A stretch of DNA of 29,718 nt from a virus (lineage: Duplodnaviria; Caudoviricetes), in the IMG/VR virus record IMGVR_UViG_3300030433_001380, positions 1-29,718 of that record; one strand, written 5' to 3'. The position numbers and the translations under genes were made by a program. This document shows positions 1 through 10,091 of the stretch, piece by piece. The first letter of the stretch is position 1; each line of letters opens with the position of its first letter. The notes below the pieces were generated by a model. The model worked only from the letters and a program-made list of their open reading frames with translations. It had not been told where the DNA came from and ran no database searches.

Positions 1-3000
1 AACAATTCATTTTCCACAACTTCTAATGTTTTCTTTCCTCTTTTCTGAATACTTTTGATGTCTTTTCTTATAGACCTAAACTTATTACCATAAACTATAA
101 TTTCGTTATAGAAATCTAGTGTTGATTTTAGTTTTTTATAATCATAAATTTCAAAATCCTTTTGTCTCCCTATGCCTGTTTGTGGCTTAGAAACATCACT
201 AATAACTATTCTAGAATAATAAGAATTATCATCAGCATCCTTTATTGTAAATACGCCATCCTCAACAGTTAATTGTTTATCTTTTTTATTTAGAATGAAG
301 TTAAGTGCTGAATACAAATCAACTCCTTGAAAGTTAGGGGCCATAAATAATGGATAATCAGACTTTGTTAAATCAAATGTAATATCATTTTCTTCTAATA
401 AATCATTAACAATAACTTCTGATTCATTACTTATGTGAGCAACCGTTCCAATCATTAGGCGTTTTACATCTGTATTAATTTCATTATTTACTGTTATATT
501 CATGGTTTCTGAAATACTTGTTACTCCCAAAAGAGTTTTCATTTCATCAAAGATAAGTCCTTTTCTAAAAGAATCAGTTCCTCCAACATAATTAACTGAA
601 GTCTTAAACATTGTATCTCCATCAGAAAGACACATAGTATGGTCTATATCAGATATTAACTCTTCAATTTTATCTTTTCTAAGAACCAAATAATCACTAG
701 TGGTTTGTCTATCAGGGTCAACAATAACATACATAGATTGAACTGCATCATCATTATTTATTTCATCATCATCTCCCGTTTTATCATGTAGTGCGAAATT
801 AATAATACCTGCTTCATACATTTTATTTTCTCTTGGCTTTTTTGTATAAGAAGAACTCATAAAGTTCGGTATGATAGTTTTAGGCCCGAAACTGTGGAAA
901 CAAGTGTGATTCGGTTGCATTATCCTCATTGGATTATTATGGTCAAATTCTGTATCTAATATTATAATATGTTCTTTATCAGCACTTTGGGTGGTTCCAT
1001 AATTTGTATTTACTTCATGTGAAATAACATAGCATATTTTTGTAGGATACCCGTCATTAATACTTCCCCATAATTTTGTCGATTCGACTCCATTTTTATT
1101 TAGTTTAGTAGCATCATTAGAAACTAAATAACAACCTGTTAAGTCAAAGTGATTTAACCATAATTGTCCATCAGCAGCAGTTATTAAATAAGTATGCACA
1201 TCTTTATCTCCAACTGTTTTATTTTCAACACCTGTTAATGTGCTTAAACCTCCACCACTAGCATAATTTTTATGTGCAACTGTCATTCTTAATTGAGGCT
1301 TAAATCCAAAAATAACACCATCTGCTGTTTTATCATATGTTCTTCCTATTGTGTCATCTATATGTTCTCTTTCTGCAAAATCATTTTCAAGTGCTAAACC
1401 TATTAAACCAGTAGTTTTTTGAGAATAGTTAGGAACTATTATTCTTATGCTTCCTGTTTCAACTTGGCCCCCTACCATTCCTATATCTGCCTTTGAACCG
1501 CCTCCATCTTCAATACTAAACCTATCAAAAATTACGGGTAAAAATCGTTTATATAATTCATCTCCTGTTCCTTGACCTATTGCGCCACCATCATGTGTTT
1601 CCATATTACTAATATCTTGTAAAACTGATGAAGGGAAAGTAGTATGAGAAACTGTTCCATCTGAAGTATGACTAACAGAAGGAGTATAAGGAGTTTCTAG
1701 ATTTCCAATTCTAACAGGAAGAAATATATTAAAAACTCTTGCTGCTGATGGCGGGTCACTTGTTGTTGAGTTTCCTCCGCCAACATAATAATTATTATAT
1801 GTATCATAGAAAACTGAAGTATTATCTCCATAACCTGCTACATTACCACTACTATAATATCCCGCCCTTAACATAACTGCTGATTTTAACATATGAAGTC
1901 CTGTATTTTCTTGAACAAAGGTATCTGATTTTCCTACCCCAAATATTTCATTACTACAACCGCCATATTCTGCTCTAGGTATTCTTCTTATATTCGCAGA
2001 AGTAAAATAATTTAAGCCATCTGTCTTAAAAGCATCTTCATATAAAGTAACTGTTATATTAGGACTACTGCCTGTAATTGTTTTTACTCTGCCAATATAT
2101 CTTCCATTTGTGTCACAAAGAACATCATCAACAACAAAAGGATGACCTGTCGATATATTTCTTATTTCATCGCCTATAAGATAATTAGGATTACTACTAT
2201 CTGTTATTTGAACAGTTATTCCGCTATCAGTCAATCCATTAAATGTTGTCATTCTAAATTTAGGAATAGTTTTATTATTTTCAATAACATTTTCAGGGTC
2301 TATTTGATTAAAAGCCCAATCTAATACCACTTCAGTTAATCTCATCATAGAGAATCTTTTTAATGAATTAATTGTTTTTTCAGCAGAAATAATATTACCA
2401 TTTTGAAAATCACTATCTGTTAAACTCATAGTAGTTGTTCCTTGATTAGCATTTGCTTTAATATCTGACCTGTTTCCTTTAGTTGGACTTTTAAGAGCCA
2501 AGACACTATATTTAGTTAAATCTCTTGGTTGTGTAAAAGTTAGTGTTTGGCTGGATTTACTTCCTCCGGTAGTTGATACAGATAATTCAAATTCTGTTGA
2601 ACTAGTAATGCTTGAAACAGTTGCACCATCCGGTATTCCATCACCGCTAACTGTCATTCCTACGGTAATAATATTAGATGAAGTATGGGTAATAGTTGGG
2701 TCATTATTATATGATGCACCGCCTACAACAACTTTTTGCATTAGGCTATCTTTTCTTGTCGAAGAATAAGGCAATAAATCAGAGTTAGAAAACAAAAACA
2801 TTCTTGATATTTTTGGGTCATTTAAAGATAAACAAGTTTTTGTTTTATGAGGAAAAATTACTCCAGAATCAGCACCACTATATTGTAAAGAAGAAATTGT
2901 TGGATTAGCAGGATAAAGCATATCAATATATCCAAACTGAGTAATAAACTCTCTATCCCAAAATCTAGAACCTAAAGGAGATTGATTTCCTCTAGTTTCA

Positions 3001-6000
3001 ACTAATGTATGAGTATTGTCCTCATCAGAAGTTAAACCTGCACCAACTACTCCACTTAAATATGCACCGCTATTTATTCTATAAGATGCGCCAAACTTAT
3101 ATGCCGAAGCATAGTAACGAATCTTGCTTGGTATTTGTGAATAATAATCTTGAATAGAAGCATTTACAGTATCAGACAAAGATGATATTTTTACAAGAGG
3201 ATGAATTGTTGAACTATAATTTCCTTTTTCTAAATTATATATTCTATACTGAGAAACTCCCATTTTTGTTGTATAAGAATCGGCTCTTGTTCCTCCGAAG
3301 TTTATGGCAAAATCATAATGCCCTGTTATAGATTCAGAATTATTCGTTTTAAGTAATGGGCTAACTAATGAAATTATCTTTCCTGTATGTAAATGCCCTC
3401 CATTTAATAAATTAAGTTCATGTGTTAATTTGCTTGTTTCTCCACTATTTGCATAAGTTAGGGCTTGCACTGTTCCTCCGCTTGTGGTTACTTCTCTATC
3501 TAAAAATATTCTAATAGTTTCGCTACCTAAAGTATAATTGTTAAAGAATGTAGCCGACATAAACATTCCTACAAAAGTTCCATCAATATATATTGGTTTT
3601 TTATGATATTTTCTAGGACTAGAAATAGAAGATAATGGCTCACTAAATACAGGCGCACTCCCGCCATTAGAAATATCTATCGTTAAAAATCTTGAATTAG
3701 AAGCAGAAGCACAAGTTCCTAAAGTAGTAGTGCTAAATGTAGTATCTTCTGTATTAGCATAATTAATGTCAACTCTTCCTAAAGTCAAAGGAATATGAGG
3801 TGCTATTTCTAATACAGTATTATCAAAATCATCTTTTTTAACGCTTAATACATTAAAGTCTAATAAGGTATTAACAACATCATTAGTATAATAACTTTTA
3901 GTTGAGGCATCATCATCTAATCTTGATTGAAAATAATTATCAGATTCCATGCCCATTGTTTCACTAATATAATATCCTACTGCTTCAGGATTAGTCGATA
4001 TACTAGAACCGCCTAAAAGTTCTCCTTCTGCACCATTAGAGCCTATTACTACTCCACCATCGAAAAAGACCCCTTTATTTGCAGCCCCTAACAAAGAAGA
4101 AACAGAAGTATCTAAATGATTAGAAGATAGTGCTTTATTAAATACATAATTTTTATTTGATGATTTATATAAATTATTTCCATTAGTATTTCTCGTATTT
4201 GGAAAATCAACTAATTCAAAATTAGAGGCTGTTCTATTTGCCGCTACTTCTCCTAAATAAATTAAATTTTGACTAGTAGCATCAGTTTCAATATAGATTC
4301 TATCTCCTGCACTAACTGTAATACTACCTGAACAAGTAACTGTTTTATCATCAAAATCACAAGTAGCAGTTACTCCTAAAGCAGTTACTTTATTGTATGG
4401 ACTATTAGAAGAATAAATAATATCAGTGGAAAACAAAGTGTCTTTATTTACAATAGGCGAAAGTAATTTATTAAACTTATCTCTTCCACTTATTTCCATA
4501 AAGGTTTGTCCTTTATCATGATAAGCGTCTATTGTTTCTATTTCTCCATTAAATCTTTCTATCTCAATGTAATAGGTTCCCTTTGCATAGTCTAAAGAAT
4601 TATCACTAAAGTATGCAGCATCATCAAAAGTAACTGCCATTAATCCTAATTCAGTATCAGTAGCAGAAACATCTCCTTCAATAAAATTAAAACCGCCAGC
4701 CGCTATCTTAATTTTAAGATTTGTTCTATTTGGAACTAAAGAGAAGGTTGTTAATATATTGTTGCTTGCTCGACTATATGCCCTTCTATACACTTTAGCA
4801 CCTTCTGTTGGGCGTTTAGAAGAACTTATACTACTGAAGAAATCTTCAGTATCTTTTAATCTAGTTTGATATAAATCAAATTTTTGTATTCCTCCGCTAA
4901 CAGCACCTTGTTTCCCACCAACAATGTATATTCTATCTCCTATTAGTAATTCATCATATAGTCCGAATAATCTTAAATTAACAGGAGTAACGGGTTGTAA
5001 ATCATTAATAGTATCAAAACTATAATCTGTGCTAGAAAGATTATACGAATTATAAGTAATTCCTGTATCAACCCACTCATCTAACTTAGCCTTGAATACT
5101 CTATGCCTTGCTTTATACTCATCAAACTCATTTATTTTTTTACCTAATATTTTAGCAGGGTCAATCATTTTAGTTTCACATAATCCACCTTTTCCACCAA
5201 TAGAATCATATATTTGATTAGACATTACATTAGATAATGAATTACATTTATTTGGTGAAAAATCATAATGAACATATCTATATGGCCCTGCTAAATCTTC
5301 AATGTCAGAATTATAAGCATGACCGTCAAGAATAATTCTATCATCTAATTCTCTTCTAGAGTTATAAAAAGACCCTGAATAGTTACTACCATTATGCGCC
5401 CATGTGGAAGAATATCCTTCATTATTTGTATTAGCATAAGCATTACTATCAAGTGTTCTTAAATTATCTGATAGAGTAACATTTAATTCATATTTACTAT
5501 AATCAATTATTTTAGTCCCAAAATCAGGAACAGTAATAGCAGTAGTTATATCATTTATTGTTAGTGTTGTTGAAGGAGATGATGTTGCAACATGACCTCC
5601 CATTCTAAATTCATATTTTTTATTATGGTCTAATTCATTTTTCTTATCTAATTTATCATTATAAAAGTAAAAGTGGGGTCTAGAACAAAACATTCTATTT
5701 TTATTGCTATAAGAAGTTTGAGATAAAAGCCCAATGCTAAGTGCTACTATTTTACTAGTATTTTCGACTCGATATAACATAAACTTAGTATTTTTTGCAA
5801 TTTCATTTCCTAATCTTGGTTCAAACTCAAAAGCATCACCGCTTACATCTTCTGTTAAGGATTGAGTAAGTTTAGCAAAATGATGTTGTAAATAGTCATC
5901 AGAATGAATTAACACAAAGTAATCATAACTATTAAAATCAAAAGCATTTATTCTAAAACCTGTTTGTGTAGCATCATCAAAACATTTAATTCTATATCCT

Positions 6001-6230
6001 TCTGTTGTTGATAAATTATTATATTGAGTTCCAGCAGAAGAAGCCTGTTCAATAACAATGGGCGCAGTTCCGGTTGCATCTTCTGTTATATATGCAGCAA
6101 TACGAGCAAAACTCGCAGTTGCAAAAGAACCAGCACCATCAACTAATACAGGATTAGTAGGAACATTAAATCCTGAATTACTATTACTTGGAATAGTAGT
6201 AAGAGCAATTCCTTTATTAAATACTCTCAT
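1..6230 (-). CDS. Giant tail-tip / baseplate-hub-like protein (>2076 aa, 3' end outside window)
   Basis: Not in the ORF track. ATG at 6230 overlaps the upstream TGA (ATGA) and follows GAGGAGGTTGA. Translates MRVFNKGIALTTIPSNSNSGFNVPTNP...; the same frame is open where I spot-checked it (about 4560, 2530 and positions 3-60), and no terminated ORF is listed, so it runs off the edge. Hub-like segments ERFNGEIETI...MEISGRDKFNKLL (about 4450-4560) and FYNEIIVYGN...DIKSIQKRGKKTLEV (about 20-120). Last gene of the tail module. Confidence 0.8.
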   Translation of the reverse strand, partial: MRVFNKGIALTTIPSNSNSGFNVPTNPVLVDGAGSFATASFARIAAYITEDATGTAPIVIEQASSAGTQYNNLSTTEGYRIKCFDDATQTGFRINAFDFNSYDYFVLIHSDDYLQHHFAKLTQSLTEDVSGDAFEFEPRLGNEIAKNTKFMLYRVENTSKIVALSIGLLSQTSYSNKNRMFCSRPHFYFYNDKLDKKNELDHNKKYEFRMGGHVATSSPSTTLTINDITTAITVPDFGTKIIDYSKYELNVTLSDNLRTLDSNAYANTNNEGYSSTWAHNGSNYSGSFYNSRRELDDRIILDGHAYNSDIEDLAGPYRYVHYDFSPNKCNSLSNVMSNQIYDSIGGKGGLCETKMIDPAKILGKKINEFDEYKARHRVFKAKLDEWVDTGITYNSYNLSSTDYSFDTINDLQPVTPVNLRLFGLYDELLIGDRIYIVGGKQGAVSGGIQKFDLYQTRLKDTEDFFSSISSSKRPTEGAKVYRRAYSRASNNILTTFSLVPNRTNLKIKIAAGGFNFIEGDVSATDTELGLMAVTFDDAAYFSDNSLDYAKGTYYIEIERFNGEIETIDAYHDKGQTFMEISGRDKFNKLLSPIVNKDTLFSTDIIYSSNSPYNKVTALGVTATCDFDDKTVTCSGSITVSAGDRIYIETDATSQNLIYLGEVAANRTASNFELVDFPNTRNTNGNNLYKSSNKNYVFNKALSSNHLDTSVSSLLGAANKGVFFDGGVVIGSNGAEGELLGGSSISTNPEAVGYYISETMGMESDNYFQSRLDDDASTKSYYTNDVVNTLLDFNVLSVKKDDFDNTVLEIAPHIPLTLGRVDINYANTEDTTFSTTTLGTCASASNSRFLTIDISNGGSAPVFSEPLSSISSPRKYHKKPIYIDGTFVGMFMSATFFNNYTLGSETIRIFLDREVTTSGGTVQALTYANSGETSKLTHELNLLNGGHLHTGKIISLVSPLLKTNNSESITGHYDFAINFGGTRADSYTTKMGVSQYRIYNLEKGNYSSTIHPLVKISSLSDTVNASIQDYYSQIPSKIRYYASAYKFGASYRINSGAYLSGVVGAGLTSDEDNTHTLVETRGNQSPLGSRFWDREFITQFGYIDMLYPANPTISSLQYSGADSGVIFPHKTKTCLSLNDPKISRMFLFSNSDLLPYSSTRKDSLMQKVVVGGASYNNDPTITHTSSNIITVGMTVSGDGIPDGATVSSITSSTEFELSVSTTGGSKSSQTLTFTQPRDLTKYSVLALKSPTKGNRSDIKANANQGTTTMSLTDSDFQNGNIISAEKTINSLKRFSMMRLTEVVLDWAFNQIDPENVIENNKTIPKFRMTTFNGLTDSGITVQITDSSNPNYLIGDEIRNISTGHPFVVDDVLCDTNGRYIGRVKTITGSSPNITVTLYEDAFKTDGLNYFTSANIRRIPRAEYGGCSNEIFGVGKSDTFVQENTGLHMLKSAVMLRAGYYSSGNVAGYGDNTSVFYDTYNNYYVGGGNSTTSDPPSAARVFNIFLPVRIGNLETPYTPSVSHTSDGTVSHTTFPSSVLQDISNMETHDGGAIGQGTGDELYKRFLPVIFDRFSIEDGGGSKADIGMVGGQVETGSIRIIVPNYSQKTTGLIGLALENDFAEREHIDDTIGRTYDKTADGVIFGFKPQLRMTVAHKNYASGGGLSTLTGVENKTVGDKDVHTYLITAADGQLWLNHFDLTGCYLVSNDATKLNKNGVESTKLWGSINDGYPTKICYVISHEVNTNYGTTQSADKEHIIILDTEFDHNNPMRIMQPNHTCFHSFGPKTIIPNFMSSSYTKKPRENKMYEAGIINFALHDKTGDDDEINNDDAVQSMYVIVDPDRQTTSDYLVLRKDKIEELISDIDHTMCLSDGDTMFKTSVNYVGGTDSFRKGLIFDEMKTLLGVTSISETMNITVNNEINTDVKRLMIGTVAHISNESEVIVNDLLEENDITFDLTKSDYPLFMAPNFQGVDLYSALNFILNKKDKQLTVEDGVFTIKDADDNSYYSRIVISDVSKPQTGIGRQKDFEIYDYKKLKSTLDFYNEIIVYGNKFRSIRKDIKSIQKRGKKTLEVVENEL

Positions 6231-7411
6231 ACATCAACCTCCTCGAATCTTAGATATACTAAAGTTTTATCAAAATTAGGTAACAAATTGAATAAAGAAG
6301 TAAATCTAGTTTTAGATATAGAAGTAATCGCTAATTCGTGAAACTCTCCCATAAATTGTTTATTAGTTGTAGCCGAATTAGCCCCCGTTGCACCGCTACC
6401 ATTAGCCCCTATAAAATAATCCTCTTTACTAAAACTATAATCACCTGTTTCAGTATGAATAGTTGATTTAACTAAAGCCCCATTAAAGAAAATATCAATC
6501 TTTTTTGAAGCATTATCATATGCACAAGCAATATGAAATGCGTCATTTATGTAGTTTGGATGATTATAAGCCCTTGTAAATACCATAGTTGTGTCAGGTA
6601 TCTTTGTAGCAATTGCGCCACTTAGGGTTATCGTAGTGCCGCTTTTATTCGTGGTGGTTCCTATTGACTCATAGATAAATGGGTCAGCACTTGAGCGAGT
6701 TATGAATAACTCTTGGCCTTCTGCGTGGAAGTTTGTTGCATCAGCACTTCCTGTTATATCAGCGGCAGTAAAGGTATTGCCACCAGCACTATGATTGAGT
6801 ATAGTGCCTAATGCTCTAAATTCGTGGTTTCCATCTTTATTTAATCCATAAGCCTCAAGAGTCGGATTATTAACAGTTTGTTTATATCGGTGTTCTTTTA
6901 ATGGTTTAATTATAACTCCGGTATCTATTGTATCTGTTGTGCTACCTATTTTTAGTCTAACTCTAATTTTATATTCAGCCGGTTGATTTTCATTATGTCC
7001 GGTAACATTTACTAAACTGATTTGAAAATTAGTGCTATAAAATATCATCATTTCATGTGTTATTCTCGATGCTCTAGGCAAATAAACTTCACTTTGAAAC
7101 TTACCTTCTTTACTCGCATCAAACTCTGATTGAGAAATTCCGGGCATTATCTTTTTACTAGCGGTAACTGTTGGTGCAGTCAAACCAGAATATGTTCCAT
7201 ATCCATTAATGTCATAAGGAGTAATTACCGATTCAAATGTAAATGAACCTGTATGCGCCCAAATACCATAAGCGACATCATCAGTAGTGCTTACATCTCC
7301 TGAAGTATCAACGATATTATCTGAATAGTCTAATTTAACATGAGCATTACACATTACAGGAAAAACTAAACTTCTTTGTTTTCCCGCTAATATATCATAC
7401 ATGAATATCAC
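6227..7411 (-). CDS. LamG / concanavalin A-like tail protein (putative receptor or glycan binding)
   Basis: GSFTFESVITP near the N-terminus, and FHIACAYD...IDIFFNGALV...YFIGANG...FMGEFHELAI at the C-terminus, are typical Laminin_G_3 strands; tail-tip position. Confidence 0.75.
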   Translation of the reverse strand: MIFMYDILAGKQRSLVFPVMCNAHVKLDYSDNIVDTSGDVSTTDDVAYGIWAHTGSFTFESVITPYDINGYGTYSGLTAPTVTASKKIMPGISQSEFDASKEGKFQSEVYLPRASRITHEMMIFYSTNFQISLVNVTGHNENQPAEYKIRVRLKIGSTTDTIDTGVIIKPLKEHRYKQTVNNPTLEAYGLNKDGNHEFRALGTILNHSAGGNTFTAADITGSADATNFHAEGQELFITRSSADPFIYESIGTTTNKSGTTITLSGAIATKIPDTTMVFTRAYNHPNYINDAFHIACAYDNASKKIDIFFNGALVKSTIHTETGDYSFSKEDYFIGANGSGATGANSATTNKQFMGEFHELAITSISKTRFTSLFNLLPNFDKTLVYLRFEEVDV

Positions 7412-8112
7412 GGCCCAATTCTTGCTACTTCAAATTGCATAGAGAAACTTAAATCAACTGATTCGGCTTCCATATTAAAACTAAAACTGCTAACAAATCC
7501 TGTTAATCCTACATCAGAATTTTTATCAGGAAAATTGGAGTTTTTAAACAATACTCCTTCATTATCTCCAAAACTAGTGTCACCTCTTGAACCAAATGAA
7601 AGAGGAATTAATTGTGATTCTGTTGGTGCAGTAGTAGTCCAAGTTCCACCTGCCGCTTCACAAGTAGTTTTATTGTAATTTCCACTAATTGAGCAGGTTC
7701 CTCTATAATTATAATCATCTGCTACATTAGATGGCATTAAAATTACCAACTCTTTAAATGATTGATTATCTTGTAATCCTGTCGAATCAACACCCGATGC
7801 AATTATTTGTGCTATTTCATGTGCAGTAAAAGTTAATGCAGTAGTAACTTCAGATTCACCAGAAGCCCCTGTTCTAGTTTTTTTAATTGTAGTATCACTA
7901 ATAAATCCCTGTAAATCAATTGTTTTTGTGCACATTCCTAAATCTAAAGCAGCAGTTACAGATTCTCCTGTAACTACACCCGAAAAAGGAACAGGGAATG
8001 CAGGTATGGCTTTTGAAACAGAAACTCCTACACTTGTTACATTTAATGGAATAGTATTAACTGTTAAATCTGTTCCATCATATTTTCCTGTTTTAAGATA
8101 TACATAACTCAT
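7408..8112 (-). CDS. Distal-tail (Dit)-like / tail-tip protein
   Basis: Immediately downstream of the tape measure gene. Beta-rich tube-fold pattern (KTIDLQGFI; GLTGFVSSFSFNMEAESVDLSFSMQFEV). GGTGA RBS. Confidence 0.55.
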   Translation of the reverse strand: MSYVYLKTGKYDGTDLTVNTIPLNVTSVGVSVSKAIPAFPVPFSGVVTGESVTAALDLGMCTKTIDLQGFISDTTIKKTRTGASGESEVTTALTFTAHEIAQIIASGVDSTGLQDNQSFKELVILMPSNVADDYNYRGTCSISGNYNKTTCEAAGGTWTTTAPTESQLIPLSFGSRGDTSFGDNEGVLFKNSNFPDKNSDVGLTGFVSSFSFNMEAESVDLSFSMQFEVARIGP

Positions 8113-8116
8113 TTAA

Positions 8117-9865
8117 TCACCCCATGCTACCCGAAGATGTTCTTCTATTTATTTTATTATTTACCATATTACCAATCTTATCAGCAATTCTTCTTAATTC
8201 AGCATCAGAAGTATCTCTTGCATTTATTGTTATATTGATAGTATTTCCTCCGCCCGAAGAAACCATTTTACGGCTATCTTTGTTTGAAGTAACTCTAGCA
8301 CCTGCTGGTAATTTAACTAATTCCGGCCCTTTTTCTCCAACAACTGCCATTCCTCCACCGGAAACTCCACCTTCGGAAAAGTAATCAAACTTATCAATTA
8401 GCCATTTAGCAACTCTATAAATACCAGCGATAAGAACAACTCCTATCATAATAGGTAAAGCATAAATACCGGCTAATTGTAAACCTATTCCTATAAAGTA
8501 TTTAAGAACTAATGCTGCAATTAAAACACCTGCTACTTTCATTAATAGAGGCCCAAGTATGTCAAACCCGCCATTAAATAAAAAGTCTATAAAATCAAAT
8601 AATCCTGCCCAAAGAGCGAAAACTAAACCTACACCCATCTTAAAAATAATCATTAATCCTGTTACTAATAACTCTAAAACAACTAAAAACAATTCATTTA
8701 ACTTAGCAAATCCTTCTTCGACTCCGCCATCTAAAAATGCAGTAATTGTTCCAAATATTAATCCTACTGCTTCAAATAATAAACTACCAAAAGTCATAAT
8801 ATTTTCAACAATACCTAATGCTTTAAATTCTCCCCAAGCAGTATATAAGAAACCGGCTAATACTGCAAAACCAATAAAAGCCATGATACCGAATACTAAA
8901 TATTTAAATGCCATGTTTAATACAGGTTTAACACTTTCTGAAAACTTTTGTCCTTTTAGTGCTATTTTAAGTCTCATTCTATTCATTTTTTCATTTAAAG
9001 CATCATAACTTTGTCTTAAACTCGCTTTTTTTCTTAAATCTTTTAAATTACCAACAACACCCTTTTTAAGTTGTTTTCTAATTTTATTTGGCTGAATAAT
9101 TTTATTTAGCATCTTCGCTCGGCTTTTGAGAAGTGCTTTTTGGTCTGTTTCCATAGCACCCTTTTCTGCTTCTCCAGCCGCTTTTCCAGCCGCTTTTACA
9201 TCATCTTTACTTAATCCTTTTCCTTTGGCTTCTTTTTCTGCTATTTTAGTTGCAATATCTATTCTTTTTTGGTCAAAAGCATATGCTTGTTTAGCGGCTT
9301 TTGTCATTTTTTTATTTTGCTTATTTAATTTTTCCATCTGAGAATCCATTTTTATCATAGCAGATTCAGCCGCTAATCTTTCATCATTAGTGGCGGCTAA
9401 TACTCTTTGATATTCAATGGTATTTTCAATAATTCCTAATAATTTTTTTTCTTCATCTTTTAAGGCGGAACTTTCCATAGCCTGAGATAAAGTCATATTT
9501 CTTACTGATAAATATTCTAAAGTTTTGCCTAATTCATTATATTCTTTTTGAATTGTTTTAATTCCTTTTCTTTGCTCAACAAATTTTTCATTTATTTCTT
9601 CTTGTCTTTTAGTATTCTCTTTTGACCTTTGTTCAAAACCACCAAGAATAGCCAAATATGCTCTAAATTTATTTTGAATGGCCCAAAGAGGACTACCGGA
9701 AACTAATCTGCTAAATACTGTCCATTTTTTTCCAGCCTCACTAGTAGCGTCAGCCGCTACAATTAATGATTTAGTAAAGCCTTCAAATTCAATGCCGGAT
9801 TTAATAGTAGCCTTATTTAAGTCCTTTAGACCAGAAATGGTGTTATCTAAAACTTCGCCCACCAT
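8117..9865 (-). CDS. Tail tape measure protein (582 aa)
   Basis: Helical/coiled-coil N-half, long hydrophobic G/A/L/F-rich stretch, C-terminal FSEGG...VVGEKGPELV and GGGNTINITIN motifs typical of tape measure C-termini; lies after the tail chaperone pair. Confidence 0.85.
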   Translation of the reverse strand: MVGEVLDNTISGLKDLNKATIKSGIEFEGFTKSLIVAADATSEAGKKWTVFSRLVSGSPLWAIQNKFRAYLAILGGFEQRSKENTKRQEEINEKFVEQRKGIKTIQKEYNELGKTLEYLSVRNMTLSQAMESSALKDEEKKLLGIIENTIEYQRVLAATNDERLAAESAMIKMDSQMEKLNKQNKKMTKAAKQAYAFDQKRIDIATKIAEKEAKGKGLSKDDVKAAGKAAGEAEKGAMETDQKALLKSRAKMLNKIIQPNKIRKQLKKGVVGNLKDLRKKASLRQSYDALNEKMNRMRLKIALKGQKFSESVKPVLNMAFKYLVFGIMAFIGFAVLAGFLYTAWGEFKALGIVENIMTFGSLLFEAVGLIFGTITAFLDGGVEEGFAKLNELFLVVLELLVTGLMIIFKMGVGLVFALWAGLFDFIDFLFNGGFDILGPLLMKVAGVLIAALVLKYFIGIGLQLAGIYALPIMIGVVLIAGIYRVAKWLIDKFDYFSEGGVSGGGMAVVGEKGPELVKLPAGARVTSNKDSRKMVSSGGGNTINITINARDTSDAELRRIADKIGNMVNNKINRRTSSGSMG

Positions 9866-10091
9866 ACTTAGAACTCTCCGTAGTCTTTTTCATTTTTTCA
9901 AGTTCTTCGGCTTTCATTTCCTCTGCGACAAAGTGAATAGTTAATAAATCTTTAACTAATGATACAGGCATTTTGTATATTTCTAAAGGACTAATTCCTA
10001 ATGCTTTAGATAAAGAATAAACGACAATCAAAGATGTTAGTTTAGGGTCTGTTGTTTTTCCCCCAAACGCATCTTTAATTAGTCGTTTTTT
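9843..10091 (-). CDS. Tail assembly chaperone, frameshifted C-terminal extension (gpGT-like)
   Basis: The listed ORF 9843..10031 extends upstream without stops (KKRLIKDAFGGKTTDPKLTSLIVVYSLSKALGISPLEIYKMP) into the -1 frame of the slippery site at 10085-10091. The LGISPLEIYKMP motif resembles gpT-type segments. Confidence 0.8.
   Translation of the reverse strand, partial: KKRLIKDAFGGKTTDPKLTSLIVVYSLSKALGISPLEIYKMPVSLVKDLLTIHFVAEEMKAEELEKMKKTTESSKYGGRSFR
10026..10091 (-). promoter_or_regulatory. Programmed -1 ribosomal frameshift signal (A AAA AAC plus 3' hairpin)
   Basis: Minus strand GGA AAA AAC GAC TAA. Four nt after the heptamer, AATTAAAGATG-C-GTTTGGGG pairs with CCCTAAAC-TAA-CATCTTTGATT around a 13-nt loop. 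Confidence 0.8.

Noticed and set aside
1-6226. Apparent 6-kb non-coding region (possible ncRNA, array or origin)
   Set aside because: It is the open frame of a giant gene truncated by the window edge.
8395-8911. Multi-TM segment suggesting a transporter
   Set aside because: It is the hydrophobic region of the tape measure protein, a common feature of such proteins.
10056-10067. Second slippery-looking run TTT GGG GGA AAA in the chaperone extension
   Set aside because: It lies after the 0-frame stop and forms part of the predicted hairpin; the A AAA AAC site already explains the frame relationship.
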